Part shown: in pieces, positions 1-9,219 of the stretch
Layout: every line of letters begins with the position of its first letter
Position numbering within the stretch: the first letter of the stretch is position 1
Assembly: GCF_051097895.1 (NCBI RefSeq)
Contig: NZ_CP142525.1
Location: 2,070,001 to 2,102,000, forward strand
Direction of reading: 5' to 3'
Length of the DNA: 32,000 bases
Origin: Psychrobacter sp. HD31
GTDB lineage: Bacteria > Pseudomonadota > Gammaproteobacteria > Pseudomonadales > Moraxellaceae
Notes under the pieces: model-generated
Databases searched by the model: none
What the model saw: only the letters and a program-made list of their open reading frames with translations
Told to the model about the DNA's origin: nothing
Position numbers and translations under genes: made by a program

Positions 1-154
1 AACCAAAATGTACACGCCCCTTTAAGTTGCAAATGGCAGTCGCTTGATAATGCTGGTTTAGTTTATCAACTGAGCAAGTAATTTGCCCAGTTAAAAATTT
101 AGGGGCATCGATACCAGAAAGTGAAAAGTGGCTAAATTGTGGGTTATTGGACAT
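1..154 (-). CDS. 5' end of a YgfZ/GcvT-fold folate-binding protein (partial, continues off the left edge)
   Basis: Manual minus-strand translation from ATG 154..152 gives MSNNPQFSHFSLSGIDAPKFLTGQITCSVDKLNQHYQATAICNLKGRVHFG. The G-x-D-x2-KFL-x-GQ-x-T and C-x3-KGR pattern resembles the E. coli YgfZ N-terminus. AGGA lies about 9 nt upstream. It is absent from the supplied ORF track because it is truncated. Confidence 0.5.
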   Translation of the reverse strand, partial: MSNNPQFSHFSLSGIDAPKFLTGQITCSVDKLNQHYQATAICNLKGRVHFG

Positions 155-348
155 AAAAATTATCCTACTCATTATTTTATTTAATTATGTATTTTTACAT
201 GATAATGGCAAAGTACAAATTTTCAATCACTTTCTTTTATTATTAAGCACCACTAAAAATATAAAACGCATTATAAATCGTTTATAATAGGGGCAATTTA
301 ACCCAGCCAACAATTTTATTTAAATTTATTTAAAAAGCGAGGTATAAA

Positions 349-693
349 ATGAGCTTACCAAATTGTCCAAAATGTGACTCTGACTTAACTTATGAAGACG
401 GATCATTGTTAGTTTGCCCTATGTGTGCACATGAGTGGACGCAAGAAGAAACCGCTGCAGCAGCTGAAGCATTGATTATCCGTGATGCAGTTGGTAATGA
501 GCTACAAGATGGGGATGCCGTCACCGTGGTTAAAGATTTAAAAATCAAAGGCTCATCAGCGGTTATTAAAGTGGGTACAAAAGTAAAGAGTATCCGCTTA
601 TTGCATGATGCACCAGATGACCATGATATTGATTGTAAAGTGGATGGATTTGGTCCTATGAAGCTTAAGTCATCTGTTGTTAAAAAAGCTTAA
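349..693 (+). CDS. yjdM: Zinc-ribbon protein YjdM (PhnA family)
   Basis: 114 aa. The N-terminal CPKC...CPMC zinc ribbon and C-terminal [20 protein letters not shown] are near-colinear with E. coli YjdM. GAGG RBS lies upstream and a terminator downstream. Confidence 0.9.
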   Translation: MSLPNCPKCDSDLTYEDGSLLVCPMCAHEWTQEETAAAAEALIIRDAVGNELQDGDAVTVVKDLKIKGSSAVIKVGTKVKSIRLLHDAPDDHDIDCKVDGFGPMKLKSSVVKKA

Positions 694-740
694 TCACGGA
701 TAAAAATCTCTGTGGTTTTGTAAGATTTTTTCTTATTAAA

Positions 741-778
741 ACAGCGACTTTTTATGTTTAAAAAGTCGCTGTTTTTTT
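741..778 (+). terminator. Rho-independent terminator after yjdM
   Basis: Stem acagcgacttttt / aaaaagtcgctgt is followed by a T-run (772-778). Confidence 0.8.
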
Positions 779-913
779 GTCGATAAATTACGCTATTTAT
801 AGCCGAATTCTATGCCAAAATTATTGCAAAAATTGCCAAATAGTCGTATAGTCATATTATGGTAACAATTATTTGTTATGGCAGCTTAATCAATCACTTA
901 AGGAGAAAGTTTT

Positions 914-2032
914 ATGGCAACACAGCCAAAAAAAGACACCACAGAAAAAGTTACTGATGCTTATGAAACCGATAGAAAATCGATGGAAAAGCACGAAGAA
1001 GGAAAAAAAGAAGCCAAAGCCACTGTCGTAGCAAAAGAAGTGATTAATGATGTGATTTTAAAGGATTTAAAAGAGGGCAACATTGACGGTATTTCTGAGC
1101 ATTTGCAGGCATTAATTCATGATGCGTCGCCAGATGATTTGTTAAAGTTAAAAGACTTGTTTGCAGAGCATGCCTTGGCAAACCAAGTTCGTACCGGCAA
1201 AAAGAAAGATGATGAGCTTTCTAGTAATTGGCGTGAAGGTGGTTATCCTTATAAAAATCGTTTGTCTCGTAAAAGTTATGAAAAACAAAAATACCATTTG
1301 CAGGTTGAGCTGTTAAAGCTGCAAAAATGGGTGAAAGATCATGGACAAAAGGTAGTTATTGTATTTGAAGGACGAGATGCTGCTGGTAAGGGTGGTACGA
1401 TTAAACGCTTTATGGAGCATTTAAACCCTCGTGGCGCAAGAGTAATTGCACTTGAAAAACCAACAGAAACTGAACAAGGTCAATGGTACTTCCAGCGTTA
1501 TGTACAGCATCTACCAACTGAGGGTGAGATGGTGATGTTTGACCGCTCTTGGTACAACCGTGCTGGTGTTGAGCGTGTGATGGGGTTTTGTACGGATGAT
1601 CAATATGAAACCTTTATGAAGCAAGTACCAGGCTTTGAACAACATTTAATTGAGTCGGGTATTCACTTAGTTAAATTTTGGTTCTCAGTTAGCCGTGAAG
1701 AGCAGCGCCGCCGTTTTGCACAGCGTGAAGCACACCCACTAAAGCAGTGGAAGCTATCGCCAATTGATAAGGCTTCGCTTGATAAGTGGCATGACTATAC
1801 GCTAGCCAAAGAAGCAATGTTTTATAATACCGATACCACAGAATCTCCATGGATTGTTATTAAATCAGACTGCAAAAAACGTGCGCGTTTAAACGCCATG
1901 CGTTATGTTCTTAACAAACTACCATATTCTGATAAAGACAAAAATCAAATTGGTAGTGTCGATCCTCTTATTGTTGGTCGTGCTGGTGCTTTGTATGAGC
2001 TAGGCGAAAAAGAAGAATTAGAAGATAACTAA
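914..2032 (+). CDS. ppk2: Polyphosphate kinase 2 (single PPK2 domain with a ~100-aa charged N-terminal extension)
   Basis: Walker A GRDAAGKGG plus FDRSWYNRAGVERVMGF and the KQWKLSPID lid region are typical of PPK2. AAGGAGA RBS lies upstream. Confidence 0.9.
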   Translation: MATQPKKDTTEKVTDAYETDRKSMEKHEEGKKEAKATVVAKEVINDVILKDLKEGNIDGISEHLQALIHDASPDDLLKLKDLFAEHALANQVRTGKKKDDELSSNWREGGYPYKNRLSRKSYEKQKYHLQVELLKLQKWVKDHGQKVVIVFEGRDAAGKGGTIKRFMEHLNPRGARVIALEKPTETEQGQWYFQRYVQHLPTEGEMVMFDRSWYNRAGVERVMGFCTDDQYETFMKQVPGFEQHLIESGIHLVKFWFSVSREEQRRRFAQREAHPLKQWKLSPIDKASLDKWHDYTLAKEAMFYNTDTTESPWIVIKSDCKKRARLNAMRYVLNKLPYSDKDKNQIGSVDPLIVGRAGALYELGEKEELEDN

Positions 2033-2051
2033 TCTTTAAACCATAAATACG

Positions 2052-2084
2052 AAACCATCTAAGTTAAACTTGGGTGGTTTTTTA
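2052..2084 (+). terminator. Rho-independent terminator after ppk2
   Basis: aaaccatct...gggtggttt imperfect stem followed by TTTTT. Confidence 0.6.
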
Positions 2085-2150
2085 ATTTATCAAAAGCAAG
2101 GTATAATCATTTTAACTATTTTATTTGGCACATATACAAGGTAAGCACGC

Positions 2151-3440
2151 ATGAGCACTAAAAACGAACAATTATTTTTACAAGCAAAAAAGCATATTCC
2201 TGGTGGTGTAAACTCACCTGTTAGGGCATTTGCTGGTGTTGGCGGTACTCCCATTTTTATCCAAAGAGCAAATGGCAGTAAAATTTATGATACTGAAGAT
2301 AATGCCTACATTGATTATGTCGGTTCTTGGGGACCAATGATTTTAGGGCATGCCTATCCACCTGTTATTGAAGCCGTTAAACAAGCGGCTGAAGATGGAC
2401 TCAGCTTTGGTGCACCAACACCCTTTGAAACAACCATTGCCGATAAAATTTGTGAAATCGTCCCGAGTATTGAATTGGTACGTATGACAAACTCTGGAAC
2501 AGAAGCGACGATGAGTGCAATCCGTGTTGCACGAGGCTATACCGGAAGAGACAAAATTGTAAAATTTGAGGGTTGTTATCATGGGCATAGTGATAGCTTA
2601 CTGGTGAAAGCCGGTTCTGGCATGTTGGATATTGGCGAGCCAACCTCAAAAGGTGTGCCAGCTGACTTTGCTAAACATACCTTAACTTTACCCTATAATG
2701 ACATTGATGCCCTAACAGCTTGTTTTGAAAAGTTTGGTGATGAACTGGCTTGTATTATTTTAGAACCCATTGCAGGCAATATGAATATGATTATCCCTAG
2801 CAACGAGTTTCATAACACCCTAAGAGAACTATGCACCAAGCATGGTGTGGTACTTATTTTTGATGAGGTGATGACAGGTTTTAGAGTAGGGCTTGGTGGT
2901 GCACAAGCACATTTTGGTATTGACCCAGATATGACGACTTTTGGCAAAATTATTGGTGCTGGTTTGCCCGTTGGTGCTTTTGGCGGTAAGCGAGAAATCA
3001 TGGAATGTGTGGCACCTTTGGGTGGCGTTTACCAAGCTGGCACCTTATCTGGCAACCCACTGGCAATGAGAGCCGGCATAGCGATGTTTAAATCATTAAC
3101 GGTTGATGGATTTTATGAGGCGTTATCAGATAAAGTGAGCTATTTGTTAGAGGGCTTTCATAAGGCTGCCGAAAAACATGGTATTGCGATTCGTAGCAAT
3201 CATTTAGGTGGTATGTTTGGTATCTTTTTTACTGAAGGTGATACCCCACAAAATTTTGATGAAATGACAAAATGTGATGCCAACAAGTTTGCCACTTTTT
3301 TTCATGGTATGTTAGAAGAGGGTATTTATTTAGCACCGTCTGCATTTGAAGCAGCGTTTATGTCTAGCGAACATACGCAACAAGATTTAGATGCAACCAT
3401 TGCTGCAGCAGATAAAGTGTTTGCTAAAATGGTTGATTAA
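2151..3440 (+). CDS. hemL: Glutamate-1-semialdehyde 2,1-aminomutase
   Basis: 429 aa. Contains [34 protein letters not shown] and the PLP-lysine context TFGKIIGAG. Colinear with HemL over its full length. Confidence 0.95.
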   Translation: MSTKNEQLFLQAKKHIPGGVNSPVRAFAGVGGTPIFIQRANGSKIYDTEDNAYIDYVGSWGPMILGHAYPPVIEAVKQAAEDGLSFGAPTPFETTIADKICEIVPSIELVRMTNSGTEATMSAIRVARGYTGRDKIVKFEGCYHGHSDSLLVKAGSGMLDIGEPTSKGVPADFAKHTLTLPYNDIDALTACFEKFGDELACIILEPIAGNMNMIIPSNEFHNTLRELCTKHGVVLIFDEVMTGFRVGLGGAQAHFGIDPDMTTFGKIIGAGLPVGAFGGKREIMECVAPLGGVYQAGTLSGNPLAMRAGIAMFKSLTVDGFYEALSDKVSYLLEGFHKAAEKHGIAIRSNHLGGMFGIFFTEGDTPQNFDEMTKCDANKFATFFHGMLEEGIYLAPSAFEAAFMSSEHTQQDLDATIAAADKVFAKMVD

Positions 3441-3461
3441 CAGTTCGATGTATATATTAAT

Positions 3462-3497
3462 AAACCCCAAGTTAAGGCTTGGGGTTTATTTTTTTTA
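3462..3497. terminator. Bidirectional terminator between convergent hemL and the 120-aa membrane protein gene
   Basis: 10-bp stem aaaccccaag / cttggggttt with loop ttaagg. A T-run follows on the plus strand and a T-rich tail on the minus strand. Confidence 0.8.
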
Positions 3498-3524
3498 TAA
3501 GCAGAAAATTACTGAAGCAGATAA

Positions 3525-3887
3525 TTATTGGTATTTTGGTTCGTAGTCTTTATAAACGGGGGTATGCTCAATGTATTTGGCTTTTGCTTGCTCTTGAGCA
3601 CGTTTACGGCGTTGGGGTGCCGATATACCACGGTAAATAACCCAACCAGCCAAAGGAAGCCAGCTAATTAACATTGCCACGACATAACCGTTCCAATCCG
3701 AAAGTGGGAGCATACGCGTTAAGCCTGATTGTAATCCTTCAATAAGTGCCCAATAGCTCATACCTGCCAGTGTATATAATAAAAGATATCTTTGGCTAGA
3801 TAGAGCGGTCGCAATCAAACCCACTGCAAGCAGTGAATAACCGATGATTGATACCAAGCTTATATTGCTAAAAATTGCCATTAACAT
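3525..3887 (-). CDS. Small integral membrane protein, function unknown (3 predicted TM segments, basic C-tail)
   Basis: 120-aa ORF with three hydrophobic stretches and an RRKRAQEQAKAK tail. I recognise no family. Confidence 0.5.
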   Translation of the reverse strand: MLMAIFSNISLVSIIGYSLLAVGLIATALSSQRYLLLYTLAGMSYWALIEGLQSGLTRMLPLSDWNGYVVAMLISWLPLAGWVIYRGISAPQRRKRAQEQAKAKYIEHTPVYKDYEPKYQ

Positions 3888-4185
3888 TGGTCATTGCCTC
3901 ATTGTTTTTGAGTAAAATCTTCACAGATTTTATGATTCTCTTAATAAGTTGTTGAACATTGCAAAGTTTACTAATCGTTATTATGGCTTTTTTAGCCAAT
4001 AATAAAAAGGGGGTAAATTCACTAAAACGACAATATTTGTCGCAATGTTATCTGACCCCTGTAATTACAGAGCCTAACAAAATGTAATTTTTTGTAACAA
4101 AAAATACAGAGTAGTTACACTTGTTGAAAGATTGTACTAATCAATATGTTGTGCTTGCTTAAGATGTAACCACTATATATTGATT

Positions 4186-5106
4186 TTATTGCTGGTTTTT
4201 ACCTAAATGGGATATGATAAAAACCAAACCAGCACCTATCATCATCAGTATTAAAGCGGTGACTAAGTGTGCCCCATCAGGATAATTTTGTGGTAAAAAA
4301 TATTGTCCATCAACTTGCCAAGGATACACTTTTAACAGTGAGCCAGCAATAAAACCAGTAAGCAGTGCTAAAGTTGCCTGATAAAATCGGCTTAGAAGCC
4401 ATTTAAGCAGTTTACTAAAAGCCAGCAAGCCACAAATCATACCAGTAAAAACTGTGGCTAATACACTAAGCTGCATTTGATGCACGGCAGTTAGTACCGC
4501 GTTGTATGCCCCAAGCAGTACAAGAATAAAAGAACCAGATACCCCAGGCAAAATCATCGCACAAATAGCAATGGAGCCAGCAAAAAATAGATAGGGTAGG
4601 CTTGGTGTTCCAGTCACGTTTGGCGCAAGGCTAATGCCAATGGCTATCAGTAAACCTGCTATAAATAACAAAATACGCTTAATATTCCAGTCTTTTATTT
4701 CTTTAAATAGTATTAACACCGTGGCGAGCATTAACCCAAAAAACAATGACCAAATAATCAGAGGTTGGTTTTTTAGCATATGGCTAATAAATCCAGCCAA
4801 AGTGATTACACTGGTGCCAATACCTGCGGCTAAAACCAACAAAAAAGTGGCGTCCATGTATTTCCATACATCAATAAAACCGTTAATTAGTCCGCCATTT
4901 TTCCATATCTTCAATATTTTTAGGTCGGCACGGCTAATTGCTGATATCAACCGAGTGTATATACCAGCGATTAAGGCAATAGTACCGCCAGAAACGCCAG
5001 GAACAATATCAGCAGCACCCATTGCGATGCCTTTTATATAAATGATGAGATAATCAAGTGCTGAGTTATTTGCAGGTTTTTGTTGTTGTGATGATTGCAT
5101 TGCCAC
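4186..5106 (-). CDS. DUF368 family membrane protein (polyprenyl-phosphate transporter PopT-like)
   Basis: Duplicated signature ADIVPGVSGGTIALIAGIY and MILPGVSGSFILVLLGAY in a polytopic 306-aa protein. Confidence 0.8.
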   Translation of the reverse strand: MAMQSSQQQKPANNSALDYLIIYIKGIAMGAADIVPGVSGGTIALIAGIYTRLISAISRADLKILKIWKNGGLINGFIDVWKYMDATFLLVLAAGIGTSVITLAGFISHMLKNQPLIIWSLFFGLMLATVLILFKEIKDWNIKRILLFIAGLLIAIGISLAPNVTGTPSLPYLFFAGSIAICAMILPGVSGSFILVLLGAYNAVLTAVHQMQLSVLATVFTGMICGLLAFSKLLKWLLSRFYQATLALLTGFIAGSLLKVYPWQVDGQYFLPQNYPDGAHLVTALILMMIGAGLVFIISHLGKNQQ

Positions 5107-5140
5107 TCTCGTAAAAACTGTGGGTATTGTTATTTAGTTA

Positions 5141-6319
5141 TTATTTTTTTTGTGATAGTGCATTAACGCCTAATGCATAGAGTACGCCTTCTAGCCCAGT
5201 GCAGTTAATGGCTAAGTCTGCTTTAGCTTGAACAATGGGCTTTGCACGGTATGCCAGCCCAATATCGGCGACTGCCATCATGGCTAAGTCATTTGCCCCA
5301 TCACCAATGCAAATCACCTCAGAAAGTGCAATCCCTTTTTGTTGGGCAATTTTTTGGACGATTGCAGCTTTCATTTCGCCATTAACAATTGGCAGTACAA
5401 CATCGCCTGTTACCATACCATCTAGCGTATCTAGCTCATTTGCATGAAACTCATCCATGTTTAATTTTTTGGCAATGTGCTTGGCAAAATAGGTAAAACC
5501 GCCAGAAACAAGCACAGTATAAAAGCCCATTGCTTTAAGTGTTGCCAGCGTGGTTTTTGCGCCAGCCGATAAGGTTAGGCTGCTATTGATTTCATCTAAC
5601 ACCTCGGTTGAGGTGCCTTTTAAAAGGGCAACACGCTGTACAAAAGACTCATTAAAGTCTATTTCGCCACGCATCGCAGATTCAGTAATTTCGTTTACTT
5701 TGTCGCCAATATTTGTTGCTTTTGCAAGCTCAACAATCACTTCTTGCTCAATGAGGGTTGAGTCCATATCAAAAAATGCTAATTTGTGAGGCTTTGTTAA
5801 TTTGCTGGCAAGTAAAATGTGGCAGTCAAATTGATTGCCAAGTTTGTCATGTAACATCGCCGTTATTTGTTCATCAATCACGTGAGCAGCGGCGGTTATT
5901 TTTTCTGGATAACTTAAATGCTTAATGGCATCAACCGAGCTTGGGTAAAGCAGATATTTGCAAGTATCAATCGGTGTTAAACGATCATTTTCTATGACAT
6001 TATTTTTATCATCGGATACAAAACAAGCGCTTGCTGCTTGAGCGGCGTCTGAGCTGTTTACATTTAACAAATCCCATTGGGCTTGTTGATTCGCCCATGC
6101 CGTTATCCAATTATCAATGTTTTGTGTCAAAGGCTGTTGTAAATCATCGTTTACATCATCGCTTACATTGATATTAGCTGTGATAATGACCGCAAAAATT
6201 GGCAAGTCTTGTTTGCTAACGACATTAGTTACAGGCATCTTGTTTAGGCATTCATCAAATGCGGTTTGCCACATGGTTACAGTCGGTTGCTTGCCGTTTA
6301 ATGTTTGGGATGTTGTCAC
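5141..6319 (-). CDS. serB: Phosphoserine phosphatase SerB (HAD domain with long N-terminal regulatory region)
   Basis: HAD motif I FFDMDSTLIEQE, motif II VSGGF and motif IV GDGANDL. 392 aa. Confidence 0.9.
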   Translation of the reverse strand: MTTSQTLNGKQPTVTMWQTAFDECLNKMPVTNVVSKQDLPIFAVIITANINVSDDVNDDLQQPLTQNIDNWITAWANQQAQWDLLNVNSSDAAQAASACFVSDDKNNVIENDRLTPIDTCKYLLYPSSVDAIKHLSYPEKITAAAHVIDEQITAMLHDKLGNQFDCHILLASKLTKPHKLAFFDMDSTLIEQEVIVELAKATNIGDKVNEITESAMRGEIDFNESFVQRVALLKGTSTEVLDEINSSLTLSAGAKTTLATLKAMGFYTVLVSGGFTYFAKHIAKKLNMDEFHANELDTLDGMVTGDVVLPIVNGEMKAAIVQKIAQQKGIALSEVICIGDGANDLAMMAVADIGLAYRAKPIVQAKADLAINCTGLEGVLYALGVNALSQKK

Positions 6320-6509
6320 AGTTAAATATCCTTGTTATGAACGAAAATTGAAAAAAAATAGCAAATTTTTAATATCTGTCTATCATATCATTAATATTGT
6401 GTTGCTAGCGGGCTTAATTGGTTATATTATTGCATCTATGTTTGCATATTTAATAGCTATTTTATGCTTTTTAAATAGCTGAGGATTTATTACCAAAGTT
6501 TATCATATC

Positions 6510-7925
6510 ATGACCTATTTAGCGCCAAGGCAAGGGCTATTTGCCATTATTGTTTTTACCAGTTTTTGTTTGCACTGCTTGTTGATGGTGGTGGGTAGCG
6601 AAAATCAAATTGATGAGACACGCCAACAAAAGGGAGAAAGGATCGTTGCCCAGCTGGTTGATGACTCATTGATAGCACTTAGCTATCAAGATCGCGTAAG
6701 CCTTGGGGTTATGGCAAACCGTTTTTCTAATGAAGCCGATATTGCGCTTTTGCAAATAAAAGATGCGAATGAGCAAATATTGGTACAAATTGGAGATGCC
6801 CCTTTACAAAAAGGGGATGTGATTAGTGCATTTGCTAAAAATGAAGATGCGGTGATTGGTGAAGTGCTGGTGACCATGAAGCAAATTGGCAAAGGTGAAG
6901 TATTTAAAAGCCTTTGGCCGTACATCTTAGGGGCATTACTTTTACACTTTTTAGTTTGGTTAGCTTATGGCTATGTGGCTCGACCAACTAAAGAGCAGTT
7001 ACGTGAGCTTAGCCGTGATGTGCATGAGCATTATCGTAACTATTATAGCCAAGCAGAAAATACAGATGTGCAGACACAAACCGATGTTGCGGAGTTAACC
7101 AATGGCAACGATGACATTTTGACCCACCTAGCAACTGAAGAAGAGAGTGACAAAACAGGGAATGATGTTTTACAGCAGCATAACATTGGGCAAGAGTTGG
7201 ATGACTTAATTCAGCAAAACCAGTTGAATGATGAAACCACGATGAGCATGGCAATGAGCAACACCACTGATAGAGACCATGCATTTGAGCAAGAAAGCCC
7301 ATTAATAACAGATGAAGAACCCGTTGATGAAGCTGAAGAAAACAATCACATTAATGTGCATATTCAATTTGTAGATGAAAACAAATTATTGGAAGTTGTG
7401 TCGGCAGACTACTTATATCCCTATTTGGATTTATGCTCGCAATTGTTAGTCAGTGCTGTAGATGAGGTAATTAAACAACCAATATTGCATGGATTAGAGC
7501 TAGTAAATGAACCGAGCTTTGATAAAAATGGTGCTTTTGTTGAGTTAAAATCAGATACTGAACATAGTAATATTGCGCTGGGTGGAGCAATGCTTGCCAT
7601 TTTATATACAAAATTAAATCACGTTGTATATCAAAAAAATCTTGAATTAAGCAACTTGGCTTTGCCCGTTAAAGTTGGTATTAGCCAAAACCTAACCGCA
7701 GATACGTTACAAGATGCTTTAAAACACGAAGCAGTAGAAAATGACGTACTGATGATGGTTTCATCTGCTGCTTATGAAGAAGTTGACGCTTATATGCAGT
7801 TAATGCCATTAAGCGACTCAAATAATAGCTATGCTAAAAATATGGTGCTTGTAACAGAAGATGACGAGAGTATTTGTACACGTATCAATAAAATGCAAAG
7901 TTCGGTATTGATGTTGGGTAGCTAA
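6510..7925 (+). CDS. AhpA/YtjB (Smp)-like membrane protein with a ~300-aa acidic C-terminal extension
   Basis: The first ~165 aa have the YtjB architecture: TM, ~120-aa domain, TM. The stretch ERIVAQLVDDSLIALSYQDRVSLGVMANRF...ILVQIG resembles E. coli YtjB. The gene is divergent from serB, as ytjB/smp is in E. coli. I do not recognise the rest (D/E/Q/N-rich). Confidence 0.55.
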   Translation: MTYLAPRQGLFAIIVFTSFCLHCLLMVVGSENQIDETRQQKGERIVAQLVDDSLIALSYQDRVSLGVMANRFSNEADIALLQIKDANEQILVQIGDAPLQKGDVISAFAKNEDAVIGEVLVTMKQIGKGEVFKSLWPYILGALLLHFLVWLAYGYVARPTKEQLRELSRDVHEHYRNYYSQAENTDVQTQTDVAELTNGNDDILTHLATEEESDKTGNDVLQQHNIGQELDDLIQQNQLNDETTMSMAMSNTTDRDHAFEQESPLITDEEPVDEAEENNHINVHIQFVDENKLLEVVSADYLYPYLDLCSQLLVSAVDEVIKQPILHGLELVNEPSFDKNGAFVELKSDTEHSNIALGGAMLAILYTKLNHVVYQKNLELSNLALPVKVGISQNLTADTLQDALKHEAVENDVLMMVSSAAYEEVDAYMQLMPLSDSNNSYAKNMVLVTEDDESICTRINKMQSSVLMLGS

Positions 7926-8039
7926 AAATATAAAATCATTAAAATTATAGAACGAACCCGTAAAAATGGATTAAAGTTCATTCACCAAAGTAATTAGCTA
8001 GATTTTTTTCTGCTTAAAAAAACAAAACAACTGGAGTAG

Positions 8040-8261
8040 ATGATGAGTGAAATAGATGACGATTTTGACGAAAACTTTGACGAAGAAGACAAGGATGCAA
8101 AGTTAGCAGAAGAGTCAGAATCAAAAAAAGATGATAGCAACAGCCTCGAAAAACGCAGGTTGATTGATAACCTTTTAGAAGAAAAAAGGCTAGCCCGAGA
8201 GTTAGAAGATTTTGATGAAGATGACCTAGATAGCCTTGATGATGACGACCTGGATGACTAA
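8040..8261 (+). CDS. Small highly acidic protein (possibly PA3496-like family)
   Basis: 73 aa, dominated by D/E. The central LEKRRLIDNLLEEKRLARELEDFD motif is recalled from small PA3496-type proteins. GGAG RBS lies upstream. Confidence 0.45.
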   Translation: MMSEIDDDFDENFDEEDKDAKLAEESESKKDDSNSLEKRRLIDNLLEEKRLARELEDFDEDDLDSLDDDDLDD

Positions 8262-8328
8262 ATAACCCAAGTTGGATTTGACAATTAACTTGATGATATT
8301 AAGCACCTACTTTTAGATATAGATAATT

Positions 8329-8862
8329 ATGACACATGATGAACTGATTAGTTTTTTAGACTCAGATGCCAATCAATTTGGGCTGGATAGTATTGCGACC
8401 CACGGGTTTTTAACAGCAACGGTTGTTGGTAAACCTTTAAAAGACTGGCATTTGGCACTTTTTGAGATGAATGATGCCGAGTTAACCGATGCAATTAAAC
8501 TTGCGCTGTATGCTTGGCAAGTCGATATCATGAATCAGTTAAAGTCAGAATCACCCATTGAGTTACCGTTTGCCGATGGGAGTGAAGAGGTAGACTATTC
8601 TCCCGAGTCTGATATTTCTGCTTGGTCAGTTGGCTTTGTAGATGCTATGTATGCAGATGAAGCACATGACTGGTTTGCAGATGATGAAACCGAAGACGAT
8701 GTTGCCATGCTAACCTTACCCATGGTGATATTTAGTGGTATTGATGAAGATGATGAAACGTTACAAGCTATGAGACATGATGAAGATTTGCTGGCTCAAA
8801 TGGCGAACAACATAGAGGGTAATTTAACTGAGTTGTTTTTGCTCTTCCACACGCAAGATTAA
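8329..8862 (+). CDS. UPF0149 (YgfB/YecA N-terminal domain) family protein
   Basis: 177 aa. FLDSD...LDSIATHGFLTATVVGKP and the acidic C-terminal half are typical of UPF0149. Confidence 0.7.
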   Translation: MTHDELISFLDSDANQFGLDSIATHGFLTATVVGKPLKDWHLALFEMNDAELTDAIKLALYAWQVDIMNQLKSESPIELPFADGSEEVDYSPESDISAWSVGFVDAMYADEAHDWFADDETEDDVAMLTLPMVIFSGIDEDDETLQAMRHDEDLLAQMANNIEGNLTELFLLFHTQD

Positions 8863-9219
8863 AAACAAAGCATTAAAAATGATGTTTTTATGATAGCCCG
8901 CACCTTGCTGGCTTTTTATTTTTTAGTAAAAAAGTTTGACAAAAACAAAATAGCTGTCACAATAGGCGGCTTGTTTGTAGTGTGGCAATAATCTGTCACA
9001 CTTTATTTTTTTATATCGAACCAGCGTTTCTTGCCTACATTTATCTATTTATTCACCTAATTTTAGTCTTTTTATTAGACCGTTAATGCTGAATATCTTA
9101 CGTTTTAGCAGATGTGTATTGTTTTATAGGCTTTAGCAAAGTTTTTTGCAAAGTTGTGGGAGGAGCAATTGGTTAAAATTCATATCTATTTGAATCTATC
9201 AATAGGATAAGGGCTTCTA

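Noticed and set aside
6117-6482. 121-aa plus-strand ORF with hydrophobic stretches between serB and the ytjB-like gene.
   Set aside because: Its first two-thirds are antisense to the serB 5' end. The rest is the AT-rich divergent promoter region, so it is probably spurious.
6381-6511. Exact 11-bp direct repeat tatcatatcat at 6381-6391 and 6501-6511, 120 bp apart. The second copy overlaps the ytjB-like start codon.
   Set aside because: It is internally repetitive, low-complexity AT-rich sequence in a promoter region. With only two copies and no palindromic character, there is not enough support to call an operator.
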